A stretch of 64,000 bases of DNA, from the NCBI RefSeq assembly GCF_009914755.1, contig NC_060938.1. One strand, 5' to 3'. The position numbers and the translations under genes are program-made. Under the pieces are notes generated by a model. It made no database searches and had not been told where the DNA came from. It saw nothing but the letters and a program-made list of their open reading frames with translations. Below, one piece after another: positions 28,701-41,844 of this stretch. Within the stretch, counting starts at the first letter, position 1; each line of letters begins with the position of its first letter. This DNA comes from the human T2T-CHM13v2.0 reference genome, Homo sapiens.

Positions 28701-29059
28701 ACTTCTAGTCCTTTCTAGAAGTCAAAGATCATCAAGTGAACTCATGTCTAATTCACTTGTCACTTACACAACCTTATTTATAGTTTCATTCTCCAGAAAA
28801 TGAGTAACGATTGTCCAGCTGAATAATCCTAGCCCCAGATATTATGTAATTGTATCTTTCAAATTCTGCCAAGGTTTTAAGATACTGATAACTATTTTAG
28901 ATCACCTTTGTGCTATTAGGGAATATTATGTATGTTTTGGCAAAAAAAAATTTTATAAAGCTTCATTATACATATGCACGTGCATGCATGCTAATATGAA
29001 ATAGGGAAATACAATTTGACGTAAAAATTCACTAATCCCAGTGTCATTGTTTATGACTA

Positions 29060-29260
29060 CACTTTCATTCACTTACTTATTCAAAATTATGGGATGTTTC
29101 CAATACATCACACACTTCCTACAGCTGGAATACAGAGCTGAATACATGCGTTCTTCTCAGGAGAAGCTCCAAATTTAGTTGATTAGACAGATCTACTCAC
29201 ATCAACTTCATACCAAAGTGACGAATGCTACCTTAGAGATAGAAACAAGGTAGATTAGAG
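29060..29260 (-). mobile_element. L2 3' fragment
   Basis: ttcattcacttacttattcaaaatt..gctggaatacagagctgaata..ctcaggagaagctc. Confidence 0.55.
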
Positions 29261-30479
29261 TGGATTTTATTTTTTATTTCTCTTTTTCCATAGTTTCCAA
29301 GTTTTCTAAATGAGCATGTATGACTTATACAATCAGAAAACAAAACAATAAATGTGATAAAATCAGACACATAAGAATAACAATAAAGGAAAAACCTTTA
29401 TTTTTTTTTTATTTATTTTTTAACCAGAGGGAAGAGAAAAGAGCTTTGCTAGGAAAGCTGGGAAAGCCTTCAGAGAAGGTAACGCCATGGTGCCATCGCT
29501 GTGGCTCTTATAACTATTACTAACAACATAAACTTAGACATAGAGACCAAGTTATGTTTTTCAGGCCTCTCTCTGTGTATGTTGAAGCTTAATCAGGCAT
29601 ATTGTTAGGTGAGATTAAAACACCTGTCACTACAGTGAAGGAAAGCTAAATTGATGAATCGTAGAGGTGGGTAGGAGAAAACAATTTCAACTAGAGACAA
29701 TTCCTAGAGATACTCTTATTTCCGTGTGTTGTGAAGAAATTACCTCTTTTTTATATTTGATTTTCTAACATCTATGACAATGCCAAACATATAATGGTAC
29801 TGAATGTGTATTTGTTAAACAAATTAATTAATTAGTAAATGCTAGAGATATAAATAGATGCATGTCACCAAAAGCTACTTCTCCATATTCTAGGTTACTT
29901 TGGTGCCCAGGGCAGTAAGCTTATCAATGCAATTATACCAAATTCTTTTGAATCATAGAATGATAAGCTATAAGTGTCTGGACATCCTATAAATTTTTAA
30001 AAATGTACTATATTAGATTACATAAAAAAGGAAGAAAATATTCAATTCACTTGCGGTGTTAGAAATTTATTCCAAAGCAAGTCATCCAGTTGAGGTGGTG
30101 AATTTGTAGGCCAACTCTAGGAAAGTCATTAATCTTCGGAAAAATCTCTTAATATTTAAAGATTGTTGATACAGAAACCCAAATCTCTTAATATTTAAAG
30201 ATTAAATCTTAAGATTTTAAGGTTGTTATACTTCACAAATCTAGAGTGAAAACAATGGGGGAGCTAGGGGTTGCATGGGTGGAGACAGGGGACAGGGAGC
30301 TCCTGCTTGCCATCAAGCCTCACTCTGGACCCTCAAGGTTCTCCATGAAATGAGTGTGAAGAATTTTGCCTATCAAATTTTGTTCTTGGAGTGATGTGAT
30401 GATTACAGAACTTTAGATTATAGATCTGAAGTAACAAAACCTGAACCCTGTATGAAAATCTTAGTTTCATTTGTGTTCT

Positions 30480-31520
30480 TGATGTCTCCTAACATCCTAT
30501 GGTATAGAAGTCCCTTGAAAGGCTTAGGTCTTCTATTAATTAGTCTGCATATCAAAGGGTGTTCTGTAATATGTGGGGCCTTTACATCTCTGCCAACCAT
30601 GATGGCCTGCTTTGGTGGCATCTTGCCAAAGCCACAACAGTTGAGTGATGACCTGCTTTACCAGCCAGAACATTTAATCAGTTATCCTGAAAGAAGAAGT
30701 GCCTTTAGTATTTCAGTTCATAGTGTCAATCAGGCACTGCTGTGAGGAGGCAGGCTCTTTCAACCAGTTGAACTTGGATGAGTTGCAAATCTTTAGGTTG
30801 AAGAATGATCAGGGTGGCTTATTGCAGTTGTTGTAGATACTTTGCTTTGCAGTATGTAGCACCTGTGCAAATAGAGCATCCATTAGTTTTTGTGCATGGT
30901 ACCGTACCAGCTTGCTTTGGTCAATGCCAGGATTGTATAAATGGTAAATAATGTTTTCAGATACTGGAAACATATAAAATTTGTCTTTCCTATCCCAATA
31001 ATCCTTTCTTTGCTCAATTCAAAGTCCTAATTCTTGGTTTCAGAGGTTAGTCTTCTCTAGGGATACCGTAAGAGTTTAAATAAACTTGTAACATTTGACT
31101 GCCACCTAGATATTTTGATCTCTAAGCAACTGAAAAAGGAAGGATAACACTTGGATCCCAAGAGATTCACCAGGGCATTTCTTGGTGATTCCATGCCCAT
31201 TGGTAACTGTAAGTGGGTGAGATCAGCAACCATGGCTCAACAAGAGTGAAACAACTGAAGCTCCAACCTTATACAGATAAAGTTCTGTCTCTTCTCACAA
31301 TGTAAGAAACCAGACCTGCTGAAATGTTGGTCAAATCAGGGAATCTAGAATGGGGGAAGGGAGTAGAGAAAGGGAGGAGATGAATATTAATTGCAGTGGC
31401 TGAAGCAGGGTCTGTCACTTATTCACTAACTTTGTGCATTGTTATTTTACAGCTTGGGGCCAGTCATCATCTTAAAGGCTCTGTGGCAGCTTGGACTTGA
31501 AGTAGGGTGCACCCGGAATT
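30480..31520 (+). mobile_element. Degraded ERVL internal region (3' pol end)
   Basis: 31180-31415 (ccatgccc..cagcaacc..aagaaaccagacctgctgaaatgttgg..agggaatctagaatggg..gtagagaaaggg) resembles the HERVL/HERV16-type internal 3' end; left boundary uncertain. Confidence 0.55.
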
Positions 31521-31540
31521 GACCAATACAAACAGTGGAC

Positions 31541-31740
31541 TGCACTGGATTCTTCTTGTGCCCTGTCTCATATCCTCTTGTCCCACCTTTTCATAACAGC
31601 CATTGCCATGGGAACCAGCTGCATCCAGGTACGACCTGACAGCACCCTGCTTCACTGTCATGGTGCTCCTGCAGCATTCTGGTTAGCCATCATGTTGCAC
31701 ACACAGACCTGGAAGGGTCAGGGAGTTGCCCATGGCAACT
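31541..31740 (+). mobile_element. Probable 5' part of the ERVL-class LTR following the internal relic
   Basis: Starts tg immediately after gtggac, the usual ERVL PPT/LTR junction; family not assigned. Confidence 0.35.
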
Positions 31741-32574
31741 CTTGGCCACCAAGGGAAAGGACTAGCTCGATAGCACACTCTTGCCTTGCGTTTCCCTATT
31801 TTTCTTCTCTTAGTTGTTCATACCTTGTTTCACATCCCCATATAAGCCATCTGTACCCAAGTCCTTGTTTCATCTTCCATTTCAGGAAATACCAGGTTAA
31901 TACAGAAACGCAAACTACAACAAATAAACATTCACATTTTAAAGTCAGGCAACAAAACTTTATGCCTTTCAGAGCATAATGCTTTCTGACTTCAAAATAT
32001 AAGACTTCATGCTTGGCCCTTCTTTATTAAGAACTTACTTAAATCAGCATATCTTTGCATGGGACTTCAAATCCTTTCATTTAAGGCAAGTTTTACAGCC
32101 AATATTAACGTTGGTGTACCAGTACCCTGTTCTTAAACTGGCTAAAGCAGCCTCAAAATTCCCAAAGGGAATAATGAAAATTCCTAACATCCTTGGCAGG
32201 AAAACAGTTGGAAGTTTAAATCAAGCTAATTGTTTTGGCTAATATGTTTTTAATAAAATAAATATTAAATTAATAATAAAAAAGATTTCAAGCTATTTAC
32301 AAAGAGAAAGGAAGGGAGGGGTTGCAGAATGCCCAACTATAAGAAATGTTGCTTGGAAACTACTCAAGAAGATGCATTTTTGAGAGCCAGGAACTCTGCT
32401 CTCCTTCATTCTGCAAGAAAGGGATAATGCTTCTATTCAAGACTTCTCTGAAAAGCCTCCAACCGTCAGGGGGCTGTGGACAAAATATATTTTTAGTTTT
32501 AGCTTGCATACTGAAATAGTTTTTAATTTTTTCAAATTTTGAAGTGATTTTTAAATAGCTTAAGAGCTTGCAGT

Positions 32575-32850
32575 TATTGTTAACATTTAAAGGTGCTATA
32601 TTCCAGGTATTGGGCTATGAGCTTTATAAGTATTATTTAATTTAGTTTGCTTTTCACAGCAACTCTAAGAGGTAGGCATTGTTATTATCTCTGGCTCATA
32701 GATGGAGACACTGGACTTCACAGAGTTAAACATAAGTTGCCCTGACCCATACAGCTGTTAAGTAGAGAGGCTGAAGATGGAATGAAAGCCAGGTCTGGCA
32801 ACTACAAAGCTCAGGCCCTTGAATTCTAACCTTAACCACTTGCAATTTAA
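32575..32850 (-). mobile_element. MIR SINE
   Basis: aacatttaaaggtgcta..cacagcaactctaagaggtagg..cagagttaaacataagttgccctgacccatacagct. Confidence 0.85.
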
Positions 32851-33084
32851 AATGTCTGAAAGAAGAAATATAAACTAATTTTAAAATACGTGATGAGAAA
32901 ATTTTCCTGTTGCTGAAGGAAAACCTGGTATGTGGATTGAAGTAGTTCACATTCTATAAGAAGCAACATAAGGAACAGGCACCAACACCTAGGCATAACC
33001 TGGAGATGTAAGACGTGTAAGGACAAAGGTGGGACACCCAGATTGCTTAAAAGGAAAAGCACTCGGGCTAGGTCTAATATCTGT

Positions 33085-33445
33085 CAGTTCCTGTGGGCCT
33101 TAGTTCCTGCTATTTTCTCTTCCTGTAACTCTCCCTCCTGTCACATGCCACCTGATTCTCTTGGCTTGATGAACTCTTGTTCATTTTCCCAAAATTCCAA
33201 GGGGATCTTCCTGATTCCATATACCAGTTAAGTGTCTTCTGTGCATTTTTCTGTATCACCCTCTACTAACCCTCTGCTGGCACTCACCACTGCATAATGT
33301 CTATTTAATTTAATTATTCTTACTATTAAAATGTGCACATTTTGAAGGCAAAGAACTTGATTTTACTAGTCTTTATTATATCTCCACCAAGAACAAGATC
33401 TACCTCACTACAGACTATCTATAAATATTTATTGAGTAAATTGAT
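33085..33445 (+). mobile_element. L2 3' fragment
   Basis: gttcctgctattttctcttcctgtaac..tttgaaggcaaagaac..ataaatatttattgagtaaat. Confidence 0.6.
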
Positions 33446-33469
33446 AACATATGATAAAGTTATTCTATG

Positions 33470-34095
33470 AATAGTTCTGGGATAAATAACTGAATTTAAT
33501 GAAAGTAAATTTGAATCTCTACTTCACGTCATTCACCAACATAATTTCCACATGTATTATATACACATTTAAGATAAAAAACTAGAAGGTAATATAGATA
33601 AATATCTGATATCAGATTGGTGAACACCTATTCAAGCATAAGAGTATAAGCAACATGATATCATGATTCTTGACCCTTTGAAAATATCAGAACTGGTTGA
33701 AATCTATTGAACCTGATAAAAGCTTCAGATTCAACGCCTAAAAAAATGCTTACTTGTACACCTACTTCTAATATTTACATGCATCTCTGAAAGTTTCATG
33801 GACAATTTGAAGCTCTTCAAGAGAATTCTGAACAAATTTAGCCAAAGAGAAAAAAATTTATATACTTATCTACATAAAAGTGAAAACCCCTGTATGTCAA
33901 AAAGTACATGAACCAAATTGGACAGAAATGAGAAACCTGGAAAAAAATATTTGAATGCTATGTGTCAAACACAGATATATTGTCTACACATGTGAAAAGC
34001 TCTTATAAATCAATCAGGGAAAGATGAATACTCCAAATGAAAAACTAAAGAAATGAAAAGACAATTCACAAATGCCAATAGACATAGAAAATATG
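33470..34095 (+). mobile_element. Very old L1M ORF2 fragment (probably interrupted)
   Basis: ctgggataaataactg..ctctacttcac..; cctggaaaaaaatatttg..ctcttataaatcaatcag..agacaattcaca. Confidence 0.55.
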
Positions 34096-34289
34096 TATGT
34101 TTTATCAACGTCAAAAAAGCTCTGGAAGCCTGGAATCTCATAGGAAGATGGGTTCTTTTGTTTTCTTGAATCACGCTGACAGGCTAAGAAAAGAAGACTT
34201 GTAGTATAAAAGGAGTAAAAATCTACAGAGATAAGTGACTTTTTTTTTCGGGTTCCTGTTAAGTTTTTTATTTACCTTGGCCCCATGTT

Positions 34290-34850
34290 TTGTTTCATTT
34301 CTTGAAACACGGATATTTAGTTGTTTCAGCATCATTAATTGAAAATACCACACTTTCTTCATTAAATTATCTTTGAATCCTTGTCAAAATTTAGTGGTAT
34401 GACTCTCTATCTACATATTCTATTCTCTTCCACTGATCTCTGTGTATGTCCATTTGCCAATACCATACTTTTATGATTAATGCAACTTTTAGTAATCCTT
34501 GAAAATAGAGAGTGTAAGTCCTTCAACATTGTTCTCCCTTTCAAAATTATTTTGAGTATTCTAGATCCTTGGATTTTTCATATAATTTTTAGCTTCAGCT
34601 TGTCAATTTTAAGAAAAAAATCCTACTGAGACTTTGATTGGGATTGTTTTCAATTCATAGAGCAGTATGGGAAGAAGAATTAATGTCTTCACAATATTGA
34701 GCCTTCCAGTTCATCAGCACAGTATATCTCTTGTTTAGGTCTTTTAAAAATTTCTTTCTCAGTGTTTTGTAATTTTCAGCATACAGATTGTAAATATGTT
34801 TTGTTAGATTTATACCTATGTATTTCAAGGTTTTGGTACTATTTTAAACT
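34290..34850 (-). mobile_element. L1M ORF2 fragment, antisense
   Basis: tttagttgtttcagcatcatt..tgccaaataccatact..tttgattgggattg..ttgttagatttatacctatgtatttca. Confidence 0.8.
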
Positions 34851-34879
34851 GTCCTGCTCTTAAAATATTGATGTGTAAC

Positions 34880-36135
34880 ATTAATTTAAATGGAGAAAAT
34901 ACAGCCCTTTCAACAAATGGTACTATAATGTTTGGATCTCCATGAACAAAAAAAATAATGCCCCTCCACCCATACCTTTCAACGTATATAACAATAATCT
35001 TTAAATGGATCATAGACCCAATATAAAACCAAAAACTTTCAAACTTCCATAAGAAAACATTGGAGAAAAGTTTTGTGCCCTTGGATTATGCAAAGATTTC
35101 TTATAGATGAAAACATGATCATTAAATGAAAAAATAATTAATAAACTGGACTTTAGCAAAATTATACACTTCAGCTCTTTGAAAGACACTCTTAAGAGAA
35201 TAAAAAGAGAAGCCACAAAAATAATAGAAGATATTCTAAAAGCACATATCTGTTAAAGTACTTGTATCCAGTATATATAAGTAACTCCTAAAACTCAAGA
35301 ATCCAAACAATCCAATGAAAAAAAAATGGGCAAAAGGTTTGAACTGATAAATCACCAAAAATATATGTTGATAAACAAGAACATGAATAGATGATCAACA
35401 TCATTAGTCATTAGTGAAATGAAAATTAAAATCACATGATACTATATTTACATCCTCATCAAAATGGCTAAAATAAAAATCTCTGAGAATACTGACATTT
35501 AGTTTGGCTGTGGAGCAACTGCCATTCTCTCGTACATTGCTGGTGAGAATGCAAAGTGCAGCTACTTTGCTAAACAATTTGACAGTTTATTTTAAAATTA
35601 AACCTATATTTACAATAAAATTCAGTAATTCCATTTGTATTTACCCTAGTGAAATAAAAAGCTATATTCACACAAAAAATCTGTACACAAATGTCTCCAG
35701 CAACTTTATTCTAAATCACCCCAAGGTGCAAACAACACAAACATCCTTCATCCGAGTAATGGATAAACATACTGCAGTGCACCTGTGCAATGGAAGACCA
35801 TTCAGCAAAAAAACCAGATGAAGTAATGACACGTGCAACAACACAGATGAATCTCGAATGCATTATGGAAATGAATGAGGCCAGGCTCAAAGGCTACACA
35901 CTCTATAATCCCATTTATATGGCATTCTGGAATAAGCTAAGCTACAAGATCAGAAAACAGACCAGTAGCTGGTAAGGTCTGGAGCAGGATGTGTAGTTGA
36001 CTAACCAGCGTATGAGGGAATTTAGGGGATGATATTTTTATTGTGGTGGTGGTAATGGTTACACAACCATATGAACTTTACACTAGTGTACATTAGAAAG
36101 GGTGAATTTTACTGTATGTAAATTATATCTAATTT
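34880..36135 (+). mobile_element. L1MD/ME-like ORF2 end + 3'UTR
   Basis: ttcaacaaatgg..caacatcattagtcattag..aaaggctacac..gggtgaattttactgtatgtaaattatatct. Confidence 0.85.
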
Positions 36136-38585
36136 TGAAAGTATTAGAGAAATCTCTCCAACCAGTTCAGAACCTTACATTTGATCCTTTGCTGATTCTA
36201 ATTCTGTACATTGGAAACCAGCAAGTCAGTTGTAAACTGCTAAACGGAGGGGATTTTTGTGGGAAAGAGAAGACGAAGTCCTCTCTGTACTAACCATATG
36301 GAATAATGTGTTTATTATTAAAAATCAAACAAGCAAACAAAGAATCTACAACCCTATAGCATATTTAAATCTCCCATGCTGCGTGGCTATCATTCTGACT
36401 TTATTTCGTTTTCTTCGTAGTGGGGTGTTGGTTCTTCAAAAAGTAAATCCAGCTATACTCCTCCCTTAGAATGAACAATTTCAAACTATTTTAACCTTCT
36501 CATTAAGGCTATTTTTACAGTGGAGAATTGCTACATTAAAGGCTACATAAAATGTATGATGTCAGTGAGTTATATTAACCCTCTGTGAAATATGCTGCAA
36601 CAAATTTCATTTTACAGAACTCTGGCCTCTTGAGATTTAAATCCAGCCCAAATGGAATTTTTTTATTTAAATCAGGGAACTCTTTTCAACTGAGACTTTC
36701 CATAGTCAGCTTATGGCACAGTTTATCATATAGTTTATTAACCACGAAAACAATAAAGTAAAACAGAAGTACTAACAGACTCTTGTCTAGTGTTGACATC
36801 TGTAGATCCTTTGTGCAGGAGAAAAGATGCTGAAGCTATCGCTTTACTTTTCACACAGCTGGTGTGGGGATGGGAATTTAACAAGTAGCGAGGGCTGAGA
36901 ACTCGCCAGCACTACCCAAGTCAACTCAATGCCTGAAAGTGTTGTGGAGTAACTCTCACCTCTCCTCGCTGAATCCTGGGAAATCCTAAAACCCAAGTGT
37001 TCTGTCACTCTGCTTTTCCATTACCCTTAGATAAAGTTCAGAATCTTTTCATGATTTCTAAGGGTTAAGTCATGCTACTGCCCTCTCACACTCCAGTCAC
37101 TTGGGCTTATTTTTCCAATCCTCCAGGCTCAACACCACCACTTCCTGGCCTACATATACGGACAGTAAACCATCCTTGTAAACTGGCATTACTGATACAT
37201 AAAATTGCAAATAATGTATTGCCTCAGATCTAAGTCACATTTTAAAAATGAGTGCATGACATCATATGTATGAGGGTGTCTCTAAATCACCCAGTGGCAG
37301 CTCAGGAATATTGGAACTGTGACTGTGGCTTCCTCTCCATATGCAGAATGCTGTGCCTCTTGGGGCAGCTGGTACTCTAAGGTAAACACTGAGGAGGGGG
37401 CTTTGGCACACAGCTGGTGAGCTCTGACTTTTTGAGAGCTTTAGTAATGGTTTTGCCCTGAGCAATTTTCCATGGGATTAGTGGGGTTTGGAACCAGTTG
37501 ATGTTTTCTGAGGGCACACTGGAGTAAAAACACACAAAAATATAATTCTTGGAGATAGATTCATTGAGAGCTTGGCATTTGCCCCATAAGAACTAGAAAG
37601 TATATTTGAAATCTGAGACTATATTGTGCTAATAGAGGCATATTGAACACATTTGTGTATTTCTTTAAAAGGAGCATAATGGCACTGTTTATTATTCTTT
37701 GTCTGAATCACATTTTAAGGTGACTTTTCATTTGCTCTCTATTTTTCTTTATTTGAGTCGGTAATTGGACACAGCAATTCTTTTGTAGCTAAGGCTTCCT
37801 CTATCAATAGGCAACTGTGTCTGAATGTCATTTACTTTCAAACCAAAAAAAGGCATCAAGCACTTTGTCTAGCAATGAGAGCAAATTTGGTTAAAAAGTT
37901 GGCAATCGTTCCTACCACTAAACGCATTCTCTGTATGAATTATAGGGGAGAGAGCCAGAAAATAGCAGAGAGAGCACATAGTTCAGGTGGAGGAGATCTT
38001 TTTGAGCTGAGACCACAGTAGTCATTGAGTGTCCTGTTATTTCTTGATGGACTGGGTATTTTAAAATGTAAAAGCCTCTGTAGGTCACCTAATTCATTAG
38101 CTGGATCCTAAAAATTTTTAGGAAGGAAAAGTACCATTGAAAGAGAAACTATGACTTAATAAAGCTTTCATAGCCTTTAAAATGTCTCTATTCTGTATGG
38201 ATGTTCTATATCTGAGCTGTGGTATATGATCAAATAAATAAAAAGGGATGTTTAAAATGGTACTTCCTTGGCATGTTCATCAGTTTGGCCTATCAGACTA
38301 GGGAAGAGATCGAAAATTGATCAAATGGCCATATTATTCTATCACTTTCATTACACAAGGGTAGATGCATTTTATTATCTGTTTCAACGTTTTCAATGGC
38401 CAAAGCAGGATATTTGCATGCATTACGATTAATGATTAGTCTGCATTGGCCACAGATTGGTAAATATGTCAAACACAAAGTGAATTTTTCCCAAAATTAC
38501 CACTCAGGAAAGAGGGAATTGTATTATATTCAAATCACTTCAAAACTTGTGCAGTGATGACATTATTTTGAACAACAAATTGTTT

Positions 38586-38703
38586 AGCTACTCAGGAGGC
38601 TGAGGCAGGAGAGTTGCTTGAACCTGGGAGGTGGAGGTGGAGGTTGCAGTGAGCCGGATTGTGCCATTGCACTTCAGCCTGGGCGACAGAGCAAACTCTG
38701 ACT

Positions 38704-38741
<38 letters not shown>
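38586..38741 (+). mobile_element. Alu right-arm fragment (AluS-like) with A37 tail
   Basis: agctactcaggaggctgaggcaggaga..gggcgacagagc; pure A run 38705-38741. Confidence 0.93.
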
Positions 38742-38747
<6 letters not shown>

Positions 38748-39247
38748 GAAACATTAACTTAAAATGATCTCAGTGAAGTCTAGTATTGAGTGCATATGTA
38801 GGTTATCTGTTGGAATTCCCTGAAAGACAACACAAATTTAGCAAAAGATCACAGTGCTCATGGAAGCACATTTTTAAAAATTCATTTTTAAACAAATGTA
38901 ATAGAATCACATGGTACAACAGTCAAACTATTTTAAACAGTATACAGTAAAACAAAGAAAATCTCCCTCCCACTCTTGTCCTCCAAACATCCAGTTCCCT
39001 TCCCTGGAGACAACTGATGTGGCCATATACACAACATGGTAGAGATCTTAAAAAGCATACAGTGCATGGGTAGGTTGTATACACAGGATGAATGGAACCA
39101 TCAAATGTCCTAATGTCCTGAAAATGAGTTGCTTGGGGCTTGGAACTGAATTTCTAGGATATCCTACAAAGATCCCAAAAGTGCAGTATCACACATATCA
39201 GTTGGAAGTGAGGAATGTGCCTGAAACAGCTGCGCTAGAAGATATGA

Positions 39248-39581
<334 letters not shown>

Positions 39582-39705
39582 TCATTCACTCCTTAACTAA
39601 ATACACTGAAAAACTACTATATGTCAGGAACTGCAATAAGTATCAGAAATAAAATTGTAAACAAAAAGGAGATATGTCCTGACCTCATGAAGCTTACTTT
39701 TTAAA
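39582..39705 (-). mobile_element. L2 3' fragment
   Basis: tcattcact..actactatatgtcagg..gtcctgacctcatgaagcttac. Confidence 0.65.
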
Positions 39706-41166
39706 GGAGTTGTCTAAAATAAATTAGAAATTTAAAAGACTGAAGGAAAAGCTCTGAAAATGGGCAAAAATATTAAAAATCTATATAAAGAACTGCAAAC
39801 AAACCCTTGGTGCAACAACATTGCCATTATTTAAAACATTAATAATTATTATTTCTTTAACTAAGTTGTCATTTTGATTAAAGTACTGGGCCATCTAGCA
39901 TAGTTTTCACCAAGCTGCTATTTTGGCCCAATCATTTAGAGCTATTCAAATATAAGGCATTATTACAAATAACTTTAGTTTATATTTTTTTCTCCTCTGT
40001 ATAGCTTCTTATACATTTTCAGCCTTCATGATATTGTGTTAAATTTAGGCTAATCTGCTTCTCTTTCCCTATATGAGGGGGCAATGTTTTGTCATCTTAG
40101 TATTTCCAGCTTTTATCGTATCAACGCACTTGTCACATAACACTTAGTAACCACTGGCTGAAAGAGTGAGTAAGTGGATAATAATACTAAACATTGCAAT
40201 CTGTGTTTTGTGATCTCACCTATTCACAAAGGATGCCTTTTTGCTATTCAGTCAAGTTGCTTCTGGCCTCATTCTCCTTGGAATAGGTGATGTAAATGGA
40301 ATGCCTTTATTTCTCACAACTAATGAGCCATCCAGTCTCTGTTCATTGCTATGACTTTTTAAGTATACATTTGCAGGGGATTCAATAACCATTTGGAAAT
40401 GTAATTATCATGTTTTCCAGCTACACAAATACATAAGGGATAGATTTATTTATGTGCTTAGGTATATAATACGTGTCCTGTTATTTTTTTTTTTTTCACC
40501 TACAATTTTCCCTTTTTCGGCAAACATTTCTGGGGCAAAGAAGGTTAGATTCTATTTTCAGTCACTGTCCATCAAAGGGAACCTGGAGCAAATGTGCATA
40601 TACCCCAAGAGCACCTTTCTCGCAGGCCCTGGGTGATGACTCACTATTGTTTACAACAGGATTTTCCCTCATGTGAAGCAGGTGTTGAAACATTTGGACA
40701 GCTCTCTAAAAATCTTAGTGAAATGCAGTGAGTGTGAATCAGCAGTCTGCATGTTTTTTGAAAGTGCTTTTGGTCCTCTAAGCCACCTTCAACTTGCAGA
40801 GTAACCTTTTCTTCATGGTTCCATTGACCTATTGTCCCCTCCTGACTTGTCACCTTCACTCAAACCTCATATGCTACACCCAACCAATGATCCTCACCTC
40901 GGTTCACCAGCATCTCTCCTTTTTAGTATTCATCCAGCTCCCCATACTTCCCAACAAATTCCACCATTGAGTAAAAGTGAAGTGGCCATTTCTCTTAGTC
41001 ACTGTGTAGTCTGAGCATGCTGCCCTGGGGTGTTTTCTGTATATGGTGCCATTTCTTAGTGAATCACAGGAGTAGGCAGGTGGGGAGCAAGTAGGTCCTC
41101 AAGAAAATGCAGGTTTGTTATAGCTAGATACCTCTTGGCCAACTCCAGCCTAAATCACTGAAGTAT

Positions 41167-41520
41167 TGTATACTTCTATTCTCAACTACTAATAAAGACA
41201 CACCCAAGGCTGAGTAATTTATAAAGAAAAATAGGTGTAAGGGCCTCACAGTTTCACATGGCTGGGAAAGCCTCACAATCATGGCAGAAGGGGAAGCAAA
41301 CGTGTCCTTCTTCACATGGTGGCAGGCAAGGGGGGAAAAGCCCTTTATAAAACCATCAGATCTCAGGAGAACTCACTCACTATCACAAGAACAGCAGCAT
41401 GGGGGTAAACACCCCCAAGATTCAATTACCTCCCACCGGATCCCTCCTATGACACGTGGGGATTATGGGAACTACAATTCAAGATGAGATTTAGGTGAGG
41501 ACACAGCCAAATAGTATCGA
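41167..41520 (-). mobile_element. THE1 (THE1C-like) solo LTR
   Basis: ctaataaagacacaccc..cctcacaatcatggcagaagg..ataaaaccatcagatctc..ttacctcccacc..caattcaagatgagattt..gacacagccaaa. Confidence 0.92.
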
Positions 41521-41844
41521 GTAAGTAATGACAGGACTTTTAAAAAAGAACAAAATACTAGTATTGTTTCACAGGGTTTCCTGGAAGCACAATGTATTCT
41601 CCACTTCTCTCCTTGATTGTCTTACTCTTTTTATAAGTTTATATAATACCACTGAAGCTCATGATCAAAATTTGCTTTGATGGTTAGAATATGATGTTAA
41701 ATAAGAAAACAGGGGAAATATACCAAATCATTCTACTTCAGAAGGTCACCCCAAATCTCTAAATCCTTGTCTGTGTATTCTGGCAAGTCCTCCAAAAGCA
41801 GTAGAAAAATCAGTAACTGGTGGCCCAAGAAGAGATATACTTGC

